Source: Malacoraja senta (lineage: Eukaryota). From it: a stretch of 64,000 nucleotides of DNA. The position numbers and the translations under genes are program-made. The notes beneath the pieces are model-generated. The model worked only from the letters and a program-made list of their open reading frames with translations, was not told the origin of the DNA and did no database searches. Numbering within the stretch: position 1 is the stretch's first letter; every line of letters begins with the position of its first letter. The stretch lies in NCBI GenBank assembly GCA_038087875.1, contig CM075989.1, positions 24,864,001 through 24,928,000 on the forward strand, given 5' to 3'. Shown piece after piece: positions 24,138 to 37,700 of the stretch.

Positions 24138-24478
24138 AATAATAATAATAATAATGGATGGGATTTATATAGCGCCTTTCTAATACTCAAGGCGCTTTAC
24201 ATCACATTATTCATTCACTCCTCAGTCACACTCGGTGGTGGTGAGCTACTTCTGTAGCCACAGCTGCCCTGGGGCAGACTGACGGAAGCGTGGCTGCTAA
24301 TCTGCGCCTACGGCCCCTCCGACCACCACCAACCATTCACACACATTCACACGCAGGCAAAGGTGGGTGAAGTGTCTTGCCCAAGGACACAACGACAGTA
24401 TGCACTCCAAGCGGGATTCGAACCGGCTACCTTCCGGTTGCCAGCCGAACACTTAGCCCATTGCGCCATCTGTCGTCC
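24138..24478 (-). mobile_element. tRNA-derived CORE-type SINE with L2-like tail
   Basis: Minus strand: A-box TGGCGCAATGG, B-box GGTTCGAATCC, CORE-like TGTGTCCTTGGGCAAGACACTT, 3' stem-loop AAAGCGCCTT...AAGGCGCTAT and (TTA)n tail. Confidence 0.8.
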
Positions 24479-26961
24479 GATGGTACATCCCTCGTGAAAC
24501 CTCTGTGGATCTACATGACGAATAGACGGTGGTGGAGACTGACATTAGGTACTTTCAAAGCAGAGAGTGATAGGTTCTTGATTAGTAAAGGCGTCAAGGG
24601 TTATGGGAGAAGGCAGGAGAATGGGGTTGAGAGGGATCAGCCATGATTGAATGGAGGAGTAGACTCGATGGGCTGTGTGGCCTCATTCTGCTCCGGTGTC
24701 TTATGTTAAAAATACACTTTATTTTGCACATCTGAGGCACTGTTTCTAACTTTACTTTCAGTCATGGATAGGACAGGTTTGGAGGGATGTGGACCAAACG
24801 CGGGGCAGGTGGGACTAGTGTAGCTGGGACATGTTGGCCGGTGTGGGCAAGTTGGGCCGAAGGGCCTGTTTCCACGCTGTTTCCACTCTATGACTAATCT
24901 TATAAACTTAAGGCGTTTCCTGCTTTTTTTCCTTTTTCCAATAAAAACTCAATTTTGTATTGAGTTTTTAATTTGCCTGAACTTCAAGCTAATTAGACTA
25001 CAAACCTAGGGAGCTGTGGCTGTGGCTAAAAGTGGTGCTAGTGTTTAAGAAAGTTTTGCATTAATCACGGATCAATCTTGGCTCAACAGTAGCACTCGTA
25101 GCCAGAAGGTTTAAATCACTGGAGGCTTGTGCACATAATCTAGGCTGCCACTTTGGTGGTGAGATTGTGCTGTGTGGAATGTTACATTAAATAGAGATTC
25201 CATCTGCTCTCGGTGTGAAAGATCCCAAGGACAGTATTAACAACCACATGTGAGAACTCTGAATACAAATTAGCAGTGGTTAAACATTAAGATATTTCGT
25301 TGGTTGTAAAGTACATTTGAATGTTTTCAGATTGTGTAAGGTGCTATAGAAATGCAAGACATTGTTTTGTTAAATTGTTATTTTGTGTTGGTGCAGGAGC
25401 TTTAACCGTATGAATTCCAGATCTCTGCTCCATGGCTGTGTCATTCTGTGTGTGTTTGGGTGATAAATTCTACACAGAAATCAGAATTAACTACTTTTTA
25501 AAATTGTACTACAGCTAAAGAGACGTCTCTGGGCCTGTACTCGCTGGAGTGTAGAAGATGAGCATGGACCTCATTGAAACTCCTGTATAAAGTGGATGTG
25601 GAGAGTCTAGGACCAGAGGGCACAGCCTCAGAATAAAAGGACGTACCTTTAGAAAGGAGATGAGGAGGAATTTCATTAGTCATAGGGTGATGAATCTGTG
25701 CAATTCGTTGCCACAAACAGTTGTGGAGGCCGTGATTGGGTATTTGTAGGGCGGAGATTGACAGATACTTGATTAGTACGGGTGTCAGGGGGAGAAGGCA
25801 GGAGAATGGGGTTGAAAAATAAAAATGGACCAGCCATGATTGAATGGTGATGTAGACTTGATGGGCCAAATGGCCTAATTCTACTCCTATGACTTACGGA
25901 TTTATAAACTACAGCGCGCTGCCCCAAGCATAAAAACGAGGGAAATACAGAGCCCACCATTTTACAAACATTAATCACAGTCATAATTTTTAATGCATCA
26001 AAGCTCTAAACAATGTGCAAAAGCAAAGGGAATGGAGTACACACCTAGTCTGTCTGTCAGACGTCAGGTAACCTCTGTAAAACAAACACTCTTAACTTGT
26101 AAACAAGTGAGGAAAGTTTCAGATCAACAAAGAACTTTGTGCTTTTTATACACGTTGCTATGGTTGACTTTTCTCAGCATTTTGTTTCCGTTCCAGTATT
26201 TTTAAGGTTAAAGGAATAGGGCATGGTGGTGAGAGAGAAACTGGACTAAGAATGCCTGGTGGGATGAGGAAGAGGAAAGCAGCAGACAAAACTAACTCAA
26301 TCTTTGAAATAACACGGTGGCACAGACATTGTGGCCTGTTCCATGTGCTATAAAGCAAGCCATTTGGGAGCTTGGGGAGGTGTGCTGTGCAGCAGAGGTT
26401 GAAGTTAATATTATAACATAGATTCTGGAATACAAGCACTTCTGTCGATCAGGGGACGACTTGTTGTCCAGTAATTGGGGCTGAGTGGTCAACACTCTAC
26501 CTGAACAGATCAGCATATTGTGGAGTTAATGGAGCAGAGATGAAGCATAGAGCCAATGGAAACAGCCAGGTTTAGTATGGAGAGGCTGAGGAATAAAACA
26601 TTTCATTTGGGATTCAGGTATCAAAGTGTGGATGTTATGTAGATCTTTAGATTAAAGTAAGAACATTGTTTCCAGGAACTGACATAGAGTGATAGAAGGT
26701 TGACACAAAATGCTGGAGTAACTCAGCGGGTGAGGCAGCATCTCTGGAGAGAAGGAATGGGCGACGTTTCGGGTCAAGATCCTTCTGCCGACTGAAGTTG
26801 ATAGAATTGCCTGACAGAGATAAAATCCCAACTATTCCCAGGAAAAGCCAGTTTAAAGGTTTACAACTTGCTTCTGTCATTGGGCATCCCAATCAGCATT
26901 ACTATTGCACGCACGTTCTACTTTAACTGAATGATGTGGGAGAAATGGCTTTGCTGTAAAG

Positions 26962-27182
26962 TTAGTCAGTCCTTGGTTGGTGATCAGTATCGTGTGACAA
27001 GTCTGTGCCTTTGTCTGTGTTCGGCTCAGGTCCTCTCCTGATTACTACAGTGCAGGGCCCATCTGGCAGGGATTTGATGATGTTCCAAGCCCCAAAGCGG
27101 CTAAGACCTTCCAAGGTGGTGGTGTTTAGTTGTAGCAATTCATCTCCAGGCTGGATAATGTTGTTCTGTTCGACAGCTCCTC
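26962..27182 (-). CDS. IL16: Interleukin-16 terminal coding exon (C-terminal PDZ)
   Basis: [50 protein letters not shown]...TD-stop. Confidence 0.93.
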
Positions 27183-29040
27183 CTGTGAGGAGAAAGAAAA
27201 AATAACAAAAATATCACTGCATTTCCAAACTAATATTTAACATTCCACAATGTGAAACCCAGGAGTCTTAGGGGACTACTGTAGTATTTACCAATAGTAT
27301 CGTGCCACAGATTCTCACAGTGGGGATCTGTACACACACAGCCAGTTCTCATTCAAGTCAACAGGAAGCCAGAGGGAAGTCAAATGCAGGTCTGTGCAGT
27401 TCAAAATACAGTGACCCCAGGAAGGTGTTGGAGGAGCTGTGGGGAGCAGTGGGATGACCAGTCTTACAGGCAAAAGAAACCCCTGAATTGCAGAATGATT
27501 TAAAACAAAATGTAGGCGAGTTGTGGATAACAGAGGAGGTTGCCGGGTAGTAAACGTGTTTGTTGATTGTGGTCATTTGGAGAAGGCAGCAGGCACCCTG
27601 GTCTCTTGACAGGAGCAAGTAAAGAAACAATGCAGACACTTTGCACAGCACAATGTACAAAGCAGGTGGGGTTAAGAATGATTGTTCAGATGGCAAACTC
27701 TAGGAGCTCCCATGGGAGTGATGAGAGAGGCCAGGAAGCACTCTCCTGAATTATCATCAGCTCCTTCAAGCACTCTTCTCTTACCATCCCCACTTACAAC
27801 TTGAAGCCTCACAAATAGGCTGTTGGTAACAGGACATGTGTTTTTAAGATCTACATGCTTCCTTTCCCAGAGTGTGGATTGTAAGCACTGTTATGCCAGC
27901 CTAATGCTATGGGCTATAATGGAGAATGGCCACATCCATGAAACTTCATTTATTCTCTAATAAATATGACTGATTATTACAGCTATTAGAAATTACTAAT
28001 TCTTTGGTAACTAGCTCCCATCCATTAAAATTCTGTCCAGATAGAACATAATTTTTACACGGACCTCCAGAAGATGCTCTTTGTTAGTTGAAGAACAGAG
28101 GTAGCCTGTGTACAATGCTGACATTTACTCAACAGGGTGATGGGGAATTTAATGATCACTTCTATCCACCTGTGTGTTCCATGCACAAGTCTTGAGAAAC
28201 TGACCATGAATGTTTGTCTGTTGCACACTGGCAAAACAGATTGAGAGGGTTTTTTCTGGGGACCTCAGGATCGTGCAGCAAATCTCACTGGCCTCCTGCC
28301 ATCCAGTTGTCATTGTACTAACATCATCAAGGCTCTAATTATTACACTATAATCTCTGACAACAAACCACGAAGAGACAAGATTTGCAATGGTGGAGAGA
28401 ATTAAGTTCTCATTGAGTCATGGGATGATAGTGTGGAAACAGGCCCTTCAGCCCAACATGTCCCATCTACATTAGTCCCACTTGACAGCATTTGGTCCAT
28501 ATCCCTCCAAACTGTCTTATCCATGTACCTGTCTAACTTCTTAAATGTTGGGATAGTCCCTGCCTCAACCATCTCCTCCTGCAGCTCGTTCCATACACCC
28601 ACCATCCTTTGTGAAAAAGTTACCCCTCAGATTCCTATTAAATCGTTTCCCCTTCACCTTGAACCTATGTCCTCTGGTCCTCGATTCACCTACTCTGGAC
28701 AGGATTCACCTACTTTGTTCATCTCTTCCTGAATGAAAATACTTTGCACAGAGTTTCTGAGCACAATCCCCAGACCGCACATAAAACACAATAAAAGATG
28801 TCTGAGCCAGGTTTACTCCAGACAAGGGCTGCTCTGCTGTCACAGGCAGCCCCACGCAGCCCCAGCCCCTGTGGGCAGACAACGGCACAACTAAGTTTAG
28901 AAAGAAAACCCAATTTTGGGTGTGGGTCCAACCCATGCTTGTCACCACCTGCTTCTCCAGACATGCTGAGCGGGATTGTTTGTATAATGTACCATAACTT
29001 GAATAAATAAATCTGCTCTTTCACTGTTCTTTCTGCTTAC

Positions 29041-29166
29041 CTTTAAAAATGCGGTTGATTATCAATGGCTTATCTCCATGAATGGAACCCTTTCCTCCTT
29101 CTAGACTAAAGCCAAGTCCCGTGGTGGTCTTTTCAAGTGTCAGCGTGAAAGTGTTCAGGTTATCTT
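29041..29166 (-). CDS. IL16: IL16 exon
   Basis: [41 protein letters not shown]. Confidence 0.95.
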
Positions 29167-29967
29167 CTGTTGTAAATAATAACACCAATACCTGGTTAGT
29201 AACTCTACCAGTTAACCACGTGAAGCAAAGATAGAGGCATGTATCACCCCCAGCGTATGACTCGAGAAGGTTAATGAGAATGATGGCTTGTTGGCAGGCA
29301 CACACATCTTCCTCTATCCATAAACATTCTACTTTTGAATATTCACCATTATGAATAACATTCCACTCAGGAATACGCTCTACCACCAGACTGTAATGCT
29401 TTTCACCCACAACCTTTGGTTCTACAAAATGCCACTTAAAAACATTTTCCAGTCATACACTTTCATTAATACAACATCTGTATTCTAGATTGCATAAATT
29501 CTTTGTGCAAAGAACTTGTATTTGAACCCATGGTTTGTGTATGAGGTGGACAGATATATTCCTGCCCGCATTAGTCATGCTTAATAGTGAAACCTCCTAG
29601 TCTCACCATGCCATTCATAGAGGCCTATTGTGTCGGAAGGAACTGCAGATGGTGGTTTAAACCAAAGATAAACACAAAATGCTGGAATAACTCAGCGGGA
29701 CAGGAGCATCTCTGCAGAGAAGGAATGGGTGACGTTTCAGGTCAAGACGAATCTGGTCTGAAGAAGGGTTTCGACCCAAAACATCACCCATTCCTTCTCT
29801 CCAGAGATGCTGCCTGCCCGCTGAGTTACTCCAGCATTTTGTGTTTATCACAGAGTCCCATTGCCTAAACAGCATGGTTAAAAACAAAATCAGTGGTATT
29901 ACTAATCCAGGGTGAGTTGTACATTCATGTTTGTTTGCAAAGGAACAGTTCATTAAATGGTCTCTAC

Positions 29968-30208
29968 CTGAAGTTGCAGAGTTCTCAGCTGAAGAGCATG
30001 CTGCTGCAGCACTGTGCTTGCTTTCACTTTCCTTGACCTTGTGCACCACCACTACCGCTTGCTCTGGCAGCCGTGCATGACGCAGGATGGCCAGAGCCTC
30101 CGAGTGAGTCGTGCCTTTCAATGACTGCCCATTGATTGACAAAATCTCATCCCCTTTCTCAATTGTTCCTTCCTGGGCGGCCAGTCCACTTGGAAACACC
30201 CTGTGAAC
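29968..30208 (-). CDS. IL16: IL16 exon
   Basis: [46 protein letters not shown]...linker. Confidence 0.95.
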
Positions 30209-30355
30209 CTGTTGTTGGAGGAAAGTAAAGGATGATTAATGTCTTGGTCTCTGCCTCCTTTGAATACTGGCTCCTGCTTCTCCTTATCATCTATTCCAGT
30301 GTACAAACTTTCCACAAACACACCAAGCTCGTGACTTTATCATTAGCGACTACTA

Positions 30356-31994
30356 CAGTGGCTTGCAAAAGTTTTCATACCCCTTGAACTTTTCCACATT
30401 TTGTCACGTTACAACCACAAACGTAAATGTATTTTATTGGGATTTTATGTGATAGACCAACACAAAGTGGTGCATAATTGTGAAGTGGAAGGAAAATGAT
30501 ACATGGTTTTCAAATTTTTTTACAAATAAAAAACTGAAAAGTGTCGCGTGCAAAAGTATTCAGCCCCCCCCCCCCCCCCCCCCCGCCCCGCCGAGTCAAT
30601 GCTTTGTAGAACCACCTTTCGCTGCAATTTCAGCTGCAAGTCTTTTGGGGTATGTCTCTACCAGCTTTGCACATGTAGAGACTGAAATTTTTGCCCATTC
30701 TTCTTTGCAAAATAGCTCAAGCTCAGTCAGATTGGATGGAGAGCGTCTGTGAACAGCAATTTTCAAGTCTTGCCAGAGATTCTCAATTGGATTTAGGTCT
30801 GGACTTTGACTGGGCCATTCTAACACATGAATATGCTTTGACCTAAACCATTCCATTGTAGCTCTGGCTGTATGTTTAGGGTCGTTGTTCTGCTGGAAGG
30901 TGAACCTCCGCCCCAGTCTCAAGTCTTTTGCAGACTCTAACAAGTTTTCTTCCAAGATTGCCCTGTATTTGGCTCCATCCATCTTCTCATCAACTCTGAC
31001 CAGCTTCCCTGTCCCTGCTGAAGAAAAGCATCCCCACAGCATGATGCTGCCACCACTATGTTTCACAGTGGGGATGGTGTGTTCAGGGTGATGTGCAGTG
31101 TTAGGTTTCCGCCACACATAGCGTTTTGCATTTAGGCCAAAAACTTCAATTTTGGTCTCATCTGACCAGAGCACCTTCCTCCACATGTTTGCTGTGTCCC
31201 CCACATGGCTTGTGGCAAACTGCAAACGGGACTTCTTATGGCTTTTTTTCAACAATGGCTTTCTTCTTGCCACTCTTCCATAAAGGCCCGATTTGTGGAG
31301 TGCACGACTAATAGTTGTCCTGTGGACAGATTCTCCCACCTGAGCTGTGGATCTCTGCAGCTCCTCCAGAGTTACCATGGGCATCTCGGCTGCTTCTCTG
31401 ATCAATGCTCTCCTTGCCCGGCCTGTCAGTTTAGGTGGACGGCCATGTCTTGGTAGGTTTGCAGTTGTGCCATACTCTTTCCATTTTCGGATGATGGATT
31501 GAACAGTGCTCCGTGAGATGTTCAAAGCTTGGGATATTTTTTTATAACCTAACCCTGCTTTAAACTTCTCCACAACTTTATCCCTGACCTGTCTGGTGTG
31601 TTCCTTGAGCTTCATGATGCTGTTTGTTCACTAATGTTCTCTAACAAACCTCTGAGGCCTTCACAGAACAGCTGTATTTATACTAAGATTAGATTACACA
31701 CAAGTGGACTCTATTTACTAATTAGGTGACTTCTGAAGGCAATTGGTTGCACTGGATTTTATTTAGGGGTATCAGAGTAAAGGGGGCTGAATACTTTTGC
31801 ACGTGACACTTTTCAGTTTTTTATTTGTAAAAAAATTTGAAAACCATGTATCATTTTCCTTCCACTTCACAATTATGCGCCACTTTGTGTTGGTCTATCA
31901 CATAAAATCCCAATAAAATACATTTACGTTTGTGGTTGTAACGTGACAAAATGTGGAAAAGTTCAAGGGGTATGAATACTTTTGCAAGCCACTG
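30356..31994 (-). mobile_element. Full-length Tc1/mariner (IR/DR, DD34E-type) transposon
   Basis: ~213-bp TIRs starting CAGTGGCTTGCAAAAG with about 3 mismatches, TA on both sides, internal repeat TGCAAAAGT(A/T)TTCA at both ends of each TIR. Confidence 0.96.
30596..31615 (-). CDS. Tc1 transposase, 339 aa, open frame
   Basis: Paired-like HTH, GRPPK, WSDETK, QQNNDPKH, SPDLNPIENLW. Confidence 0.93.
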   Translation of the reverse strand: MKLKEHTRQVRDKVVEKFKAGLGYKKISQALNISRSTVQSIIRKWKEYGTTANLPRHGRPPKLTGRARRALIREAAEMPMVTLEELQRSTAQVGESVHRTTISRALHKSGLYGRVARRKPLLKKSHKKSRLQFATSHVGDTANMWRKVLWSDETKIEVFGLNAKRYVWRKPNTAHHPEHTIPTVKHSGGSIMLWGCFSSAGTGKLVRVDEKMDGAKYRAILEENLLESAKDLRLGRRFTFQQNNDPKHTARATMEWFRSKHIHVLEWPSQSPDLNPIENLWQDLKIAVHRRSPSNLTELELFCKEEWAKISVSTCAKLVETYPKRLAAEIAAKGGSTKH

Positions 31995-32447
31995 TATATG
32001 ACCTTAACTGTTGATCCGAAAGGACCACATTCAACTTGAGTCTCCTGCTCAGTCATCTCAAAGTACCTGCAGAAAACCACCAACAATACCTGGTAGTAGG
32101 CCCCCCTCAGTCATGACTGACCATGGGTGATGCATCCTGGTCGGATGCAAGCCTGGCCGATGTCATATGGAGGACAGGCTGTTGCCCATGCAGCACGTCC
32201 CCCCTCTCCACGTTGCTGATCGATCCAAAGGAACAGCAGGGCCGTTACAGTTTGGCACCAGCACCGTCGCAGGAGCTGCCAGAGCGAGGTTGTAGACAAC
32301 GACGAACTGCCTTAGGGGCTCCGACTCCGGATTTTCTTGAGGTTTACTCCAGGAGACATTTCCATGACTGGATATGGCCATAAGGCAGTGGAGGTTTCAA
32401 ATCAGAGTTTTCCCTCTCATAGATGGACTTTCTTCCCAGGCTGACGA

Positions 32448-33011
32448 GACACACCTGGAGTATTGCGTACAGTTTTGGTCTCCTAATCTGAGGAAAGACA
32501 TTCTTGCCATAGAGGGAGTACAGAGAAGGTTCACCAGACTGATTCCTGGGATGGCAAGACTTTCATATGACGAAAGACTGGATAGACTTGGCTTGTACTC
32601 GCTGGAATTTAGAAGATTGAGGGGGGATCTTATAGAAACGTACAAAATTCTTAAGGGGTTGGACAGGCTAGATGCAAGAAGATTGTTCCCGATTTTGGGG
32701 AAGTCCAGAACAAGGGGTCACAGTTTAAGGATAAGGGGGAAGTCTTTTAGGACCGAGATGAGAATTTTTTTTTTCACACAGAGAGTGGTGAATCTCTGGA
32801 ATTCTCTGCCACAGAAAGTAGTTGAGGCCAGTTCATTGGCTATATTTAAGAGGGAGTTAGATGTGGCCCTTGTGGCTAAAGGGATCAGAGGGTATGGAGA
32901 GAAGGCAGGTACAGGATACTGAGTTGGATGATCAGCCATGATCATATTGAATGGCGGTGCAGGCTCGAAGGGCCGAATGGCCTACTCCTGCACCTATTTT
33001 CTATGTTTCTA
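32448..33011 (+). mobile_element. CR1 (HER1-like) LINE 3' fragment with open frame
   Basis: HLEYCVQFWSP...RRLRGDLIETYKIL...RVVNLWNSLP; (TTTCTATG)-type tail. Confidence 0.9.
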
Positions 33012-34253
33012 TCTGTCCGAGACTCATGGGGGCGGGAGCGTCCACCTTCCCGTGCAGGTCTATAGCACCTGCCCAACAATACAAGATTCAAGAGAGTTTC
33101 TTGTCATGTGTCCCAGATAGGACAATGAAATTCTTGCTTTGCTTCAGCACAACAGAATATGGTACCTGCAATACCTACAATAACCTGCAATTCACCAATT
33201 CCCTGACAGTGGCATCACAGATAGACGTGGTGGTGGAGGCTTTTGCACGCAGACCTTCATCAGTCAGGGAATGGAGTTAGGACATGGTTACATTCGTATA
33301 AAACTTGGTGAGGCTGCACCAAGACTATTGTAGGAACAAGGAGCTGCAGAAGCTGATTTACCAAAGACATACATAAAATGCTGGAGTAACTCAGTGGGTC
33401 AGGCAGCAACTCTCGAGAAGATGACCCAAACTCGCTGAGTTACTCTTTTATTTTATGTCTTTCTTGGAGTATTGTGTTCAGTTTTGGTCACTGCTGTAGG
33501 AAAGATTAAGCTGGATTAGGTGCAGAGATTTGAGGATGTTGCCAGGACTTGAGCTAGTGGGCAGCCAAGGAGTTTATTTCTTGGAGTGCAGGAGTCAGTA
33601 TGATCTTATAGAGGTATATCAGATCATGAGGGGAATAGATAGGGTGAATGCTTTGAGTCTTTTCTCCTAGAGTTGGGGAATCAAGAACTGGAAGACATAA
33701 ATAAGAATGGAATGATTTAATAGGAACCCGAGGGCAACTTTTTCCACATGCGGTGGTGGGTTCTTGGAATGAGCTACTACCAATCAGCAGACCAGTGATA
33801 GACACACAATGCTGGAGTAATGAATTGGGTATAAATGATGAATCCCGACCCAAAATGTCACATTATCCACGTTCTCCAGAGATGCTGCCTGACCCGCTGA
33901 GTTACTCCAGCACTCTGTGTCTATCTTTGGTAAACCAGCATCTGCAGTTCCTTGTTACTACAATACCCCAAGTGCAGCTTCAGCGAGCCTTGTATAAATG
34001 TAACATTGTCCCAACTCCGATAAACCAGCATCTGCTGTTCTTTATATTATCAGCAGACCAGTGTAAGGAGCCCAATCAAAGTGAGGCAACCCAGCAGTGG
34101 AGATGAATTGAACAGTCAGACACTGTAGTGGGATGTCCATGCCAGATGGAAGGCCCCTGGATATAATTCACCGCGTGTGATCCTCATAAACAATACTCAC
34201 ATCATGCCGAGCGATTCACTTCACACAAAGACCTCTTCGCTGGTGGTACTCAC

Positions 34254-34355
34254 TGTTGTCACTTTGCTTTCAAGATCCACACCTCCACCGATGCTGAATC
34301 CCAAACCAGACCCTTCCTGTTTGTGCAGGATCACAACATGGATGTCATCCAATTG
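34254..34355 (-). CDS. IL16: IL16 exon
   Basis: [34 protein letters not shown]. Confidence 0.95.
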
Positions 34356-34590
34356 CTGCAAAGTGAAGATAAATTCAAGGAAGATTTTAGACTGCAATTA
34401 TTTACCAAAGATTTTCACCCCGACCAAACCAACATTATTTTTAAAAGTTGTTACCAATTGTACACCCCTTCAACATGGAACCTCCAGATCAGATCATGAT
34501 TTATAGCTGAAATAATGTGAACATCTATTCTTAAAGTTACCGCGTGCTGTGGTCAGTGTTAGCTTTGTGCCACGGCATTAATGTTCTAAC

Positions 34591-34789
34591 CTTTAATGTT
34601 TCCTCATCCAGACCCTTCACTTCTGCTATCAGTTTCTCCAGCTCTTCTGCAGGAATCAAGGACATGACTGACTGTGCAGAGACACAGGCTAGCGAGGTGG
34701 CGCCTTCCTTTCTGCCAGCTTCTTTTTCATCATCATCCTTCTGATTTTCATCTGTCAAGTTAATAGTGCAGACTCTCAACTCTGCAAGG
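34591..34789 (-). CDS. IL16: IL16 exon
   Basis: LAELRVCT...AQSVMSLIPAEELEKLIAEVKGLDEETLK. Confidence 0.93.
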
Positions 34790-37700
34790 CTAGAACAGAA
34801 TATACATTCTTATTCCCATGAAACTTTGTGGATGAATAACAAATAACACCACATGAGACATGAGATCAAGGTAAACAAAACCTCATAAGGCAAAGAGATA
34901 AAAGGATCACCTGACAATATATTAGTTCACTTCCCGAGCCTCACACACAAATGCACTAACTTACTGATATTACACAAAATGCTGGGGTAACTCAGTGGGT
35001 CAGGCAGCATCACTGGAAAAGATCCTTCTTCAGGCCCGAAACATCACCTATTCCTTTTCTTCAGAGATGCTGCCTGACCGCTGAGTTACTCCAGCCTTTT
35101 GCGTCTATCTTTGGTTTAAACCCGCATCTGCAGTTCCTTTCTGCACATTACTGATATTACAGTTTCTTGAGCATTAATTCACCATATTACAAAAAGCTCT
35201 GACATCCATTTAGAGTTTCTAGGTAATAATAACTTGCTGCCATTGATGTAGTTCAGTACTATTTCATTGATATTATATTACATGTCCAAGTCCAAATCAT
35301 GTTGAGGACAAAATCATTCACATTATAAATACCTTAAGTCAGCTTTCTGAATCGTGACACAAGGCAAGTGTTGTTCCTGGAAGTGATCCGTATGCAAAGC
35401 TCATTAAATTCACGTGTTTCTCTTAAGTTAAGTGACCTCCCTATTGCGTAAGCAAATGATTTGAGAAAGGTTTCAGATGTGAAAGTGCCATTTGTCTCTG
35501 GGCCAGCTTTGGCTGAATGGTGACACTTCTCGAATGAGTCAGTCGGATTCAGGTCACTGTTAGAGTCGGGCCATGTCATCACTTGACATTCTGGTGCTTA
35601 AATAAGAGGAAAGTTTTGAACCGAATGTTAAGGCCTAATTTATCCTTTCCATTGGGTTTCAAAGAAGCCATTGTACTTGTCAAAGAAAGCAAGGGATTTC
35701 TAGCGAAGACACAAGACACTGCAGATGCTGGAATCTTCAACAAAGATAAACTAGCTGGAGGAACTCGGCAGATCAGGCAGATTCTGTGGAGGAAAGTGGG
35801 CCCATCACTTCCTCTCACGGATGCTGCCTGACCCACTGAGTTCCTCCAGCTCCATTGATTATTGTGCAAGGGATTTCTGATGATGCTCTAGTCGTTATTT
35901 TAGAATGTAATAAATAAGAGCAGACATGGGCAGGCGGCACGGTGAAACCCAGCAGTCGTGTTGCTGCTTCACAGCGCTAGAGACCCTGGTTCAATCTGAC
36001 TATGGGTGCTGTCTGTACCGAGTTTATGTTCTCCCTGTGACTGCGTGGGTTTTCTCTGAGGTCTTTGGTTTCCTTTTGCACTCCAGGTTAATTGGCTTGG
36101 TATAAGTGTATATTGTCCCTAGTGCGTGTAGGATAGTGTTAATGTGCGGGATCACTGGTCGGTGCGGACTTGGTGGATCAAATTTTTAAACTAAAAACTA
36201 AACATATAGACTGTCCATTCGCTGCTCTTCCGTTGAGTAAGATCATGCTCGGCCCCTTCTTGGCCTCAACGCTAACTCTCCCCATTTATCCTTCAACCAG
36301 TAACTGGAAACGTGTCACCAAGTGCAGTCGCTCGTTGACGTTCCTGGATACTTTGTGGTGGGAAATTAACCACAACATTTAACTCAACCTCATCTGCCAC
36401 GATTTGACACAGTTCATTCATGGATAATGCATCATTTCATGACCTACATCTTAGCAAGTAAAATGAGGTCACATGTTATCTGAAAATCAAGAACCCAAAA
36501 GGTCCTAGGATGGAAGAGGACAGATTAAACATGGTGAGGAAAGAACTGCAGATGCTGGTTTAATCGATTAAAAGTGGGCACAAGTTAATAAATCAATAAA
36601 GGAAAGCAAATCGGTTTTATTTCCGTGCCGATAGAATTGAAACTATTATGTTGACGTATTTGTAAACTGTGTGAGCCACATGTGAGTACCGTGTGAAGTT
36701 CCACACGCCATGTTTAAAGAAGCAATGTGCAAAGATGATGCCAGAATAGTGAGGTTACATGTGTCAGGAAAAGATAAACAGCTTAGGTTGAAGAAAAGAG
36801 GAAAAGACAGGGATTGAACAATGTAAAGTTCTGAACCATATCGATAGAGCAGACACGACCACTCCTGTATGAGACAGCGGTCAGTAAAAGATTAGCACCA
36901 AATAGAGAAGTTTCTTCACACGAGTTGGCCAACGACACTGGGGTAATCTCTGCCTTTTATCGGGTAATGGTTTGATCAGTACGGATGTCGGGTTGATTAG
37001 TACGGGTGTCAGGGTTTATGGGGAGAAGGCAGGAGAGAGGGAGATAGATCAGTCATGATTGAATGGTGGAATAGACCTGATGGGCCGAATGGCCTAATTC
37101 TGCTCCTGTCACTTATGAACATGAACCACAAAGGGAAAATCCAGCAACATTGTGCTTCTAGACGGAATGCCATTGGGCAGGAACAAGTGTCACTTAGTGC
37201 AATAGCAAACTCACCCGTTCGTCTGTAAAGATTGCTCTAATTATGCTTCCTCCTTGGATCGGAGCTTAGCTGCTGCTTTAGGCTACAAAATACAGCCTTC
37301 ATTTTGCATTAAATCCAAAGGATGATTCTTTTATCATTTTCAAACCTTCCAAATGCTACGCCAGTATATCAGCGTGGGTTACATGAACCAAGAATGAGAA
37401 TGAGATCGGTTTCAAATGTAAAAGGGGCACATACTTCCTGCAATGATTTTGTATTAATGTAAGCAGTAGCATATTTATATTACACTCACAATATACAATT
37501 TGTAGAAGTAAGCTGTAACATCTTTCACTATGCAGCCATGTGCAGAGAGATTGCAGAGTGCAGGGGGAGAAAGGGGGGTCCAGGGGGAGAGAGAGGTCCA
37601 GGGGAGAGAGTGGGTTCCAGGGGAGAGATTTGCCAATTAGTCTCAGAGAAGAGTTGAACATCATATGTGTGAAGAAACTGCAGATGCTGGTTATACTGAA

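Noticed and set aside
32085..32447. CpG-containing segment resembling an RTE-type 5' UTR
   Set aside because: Resemblance only from memory, with no ORF or TSD support; left unannotated.
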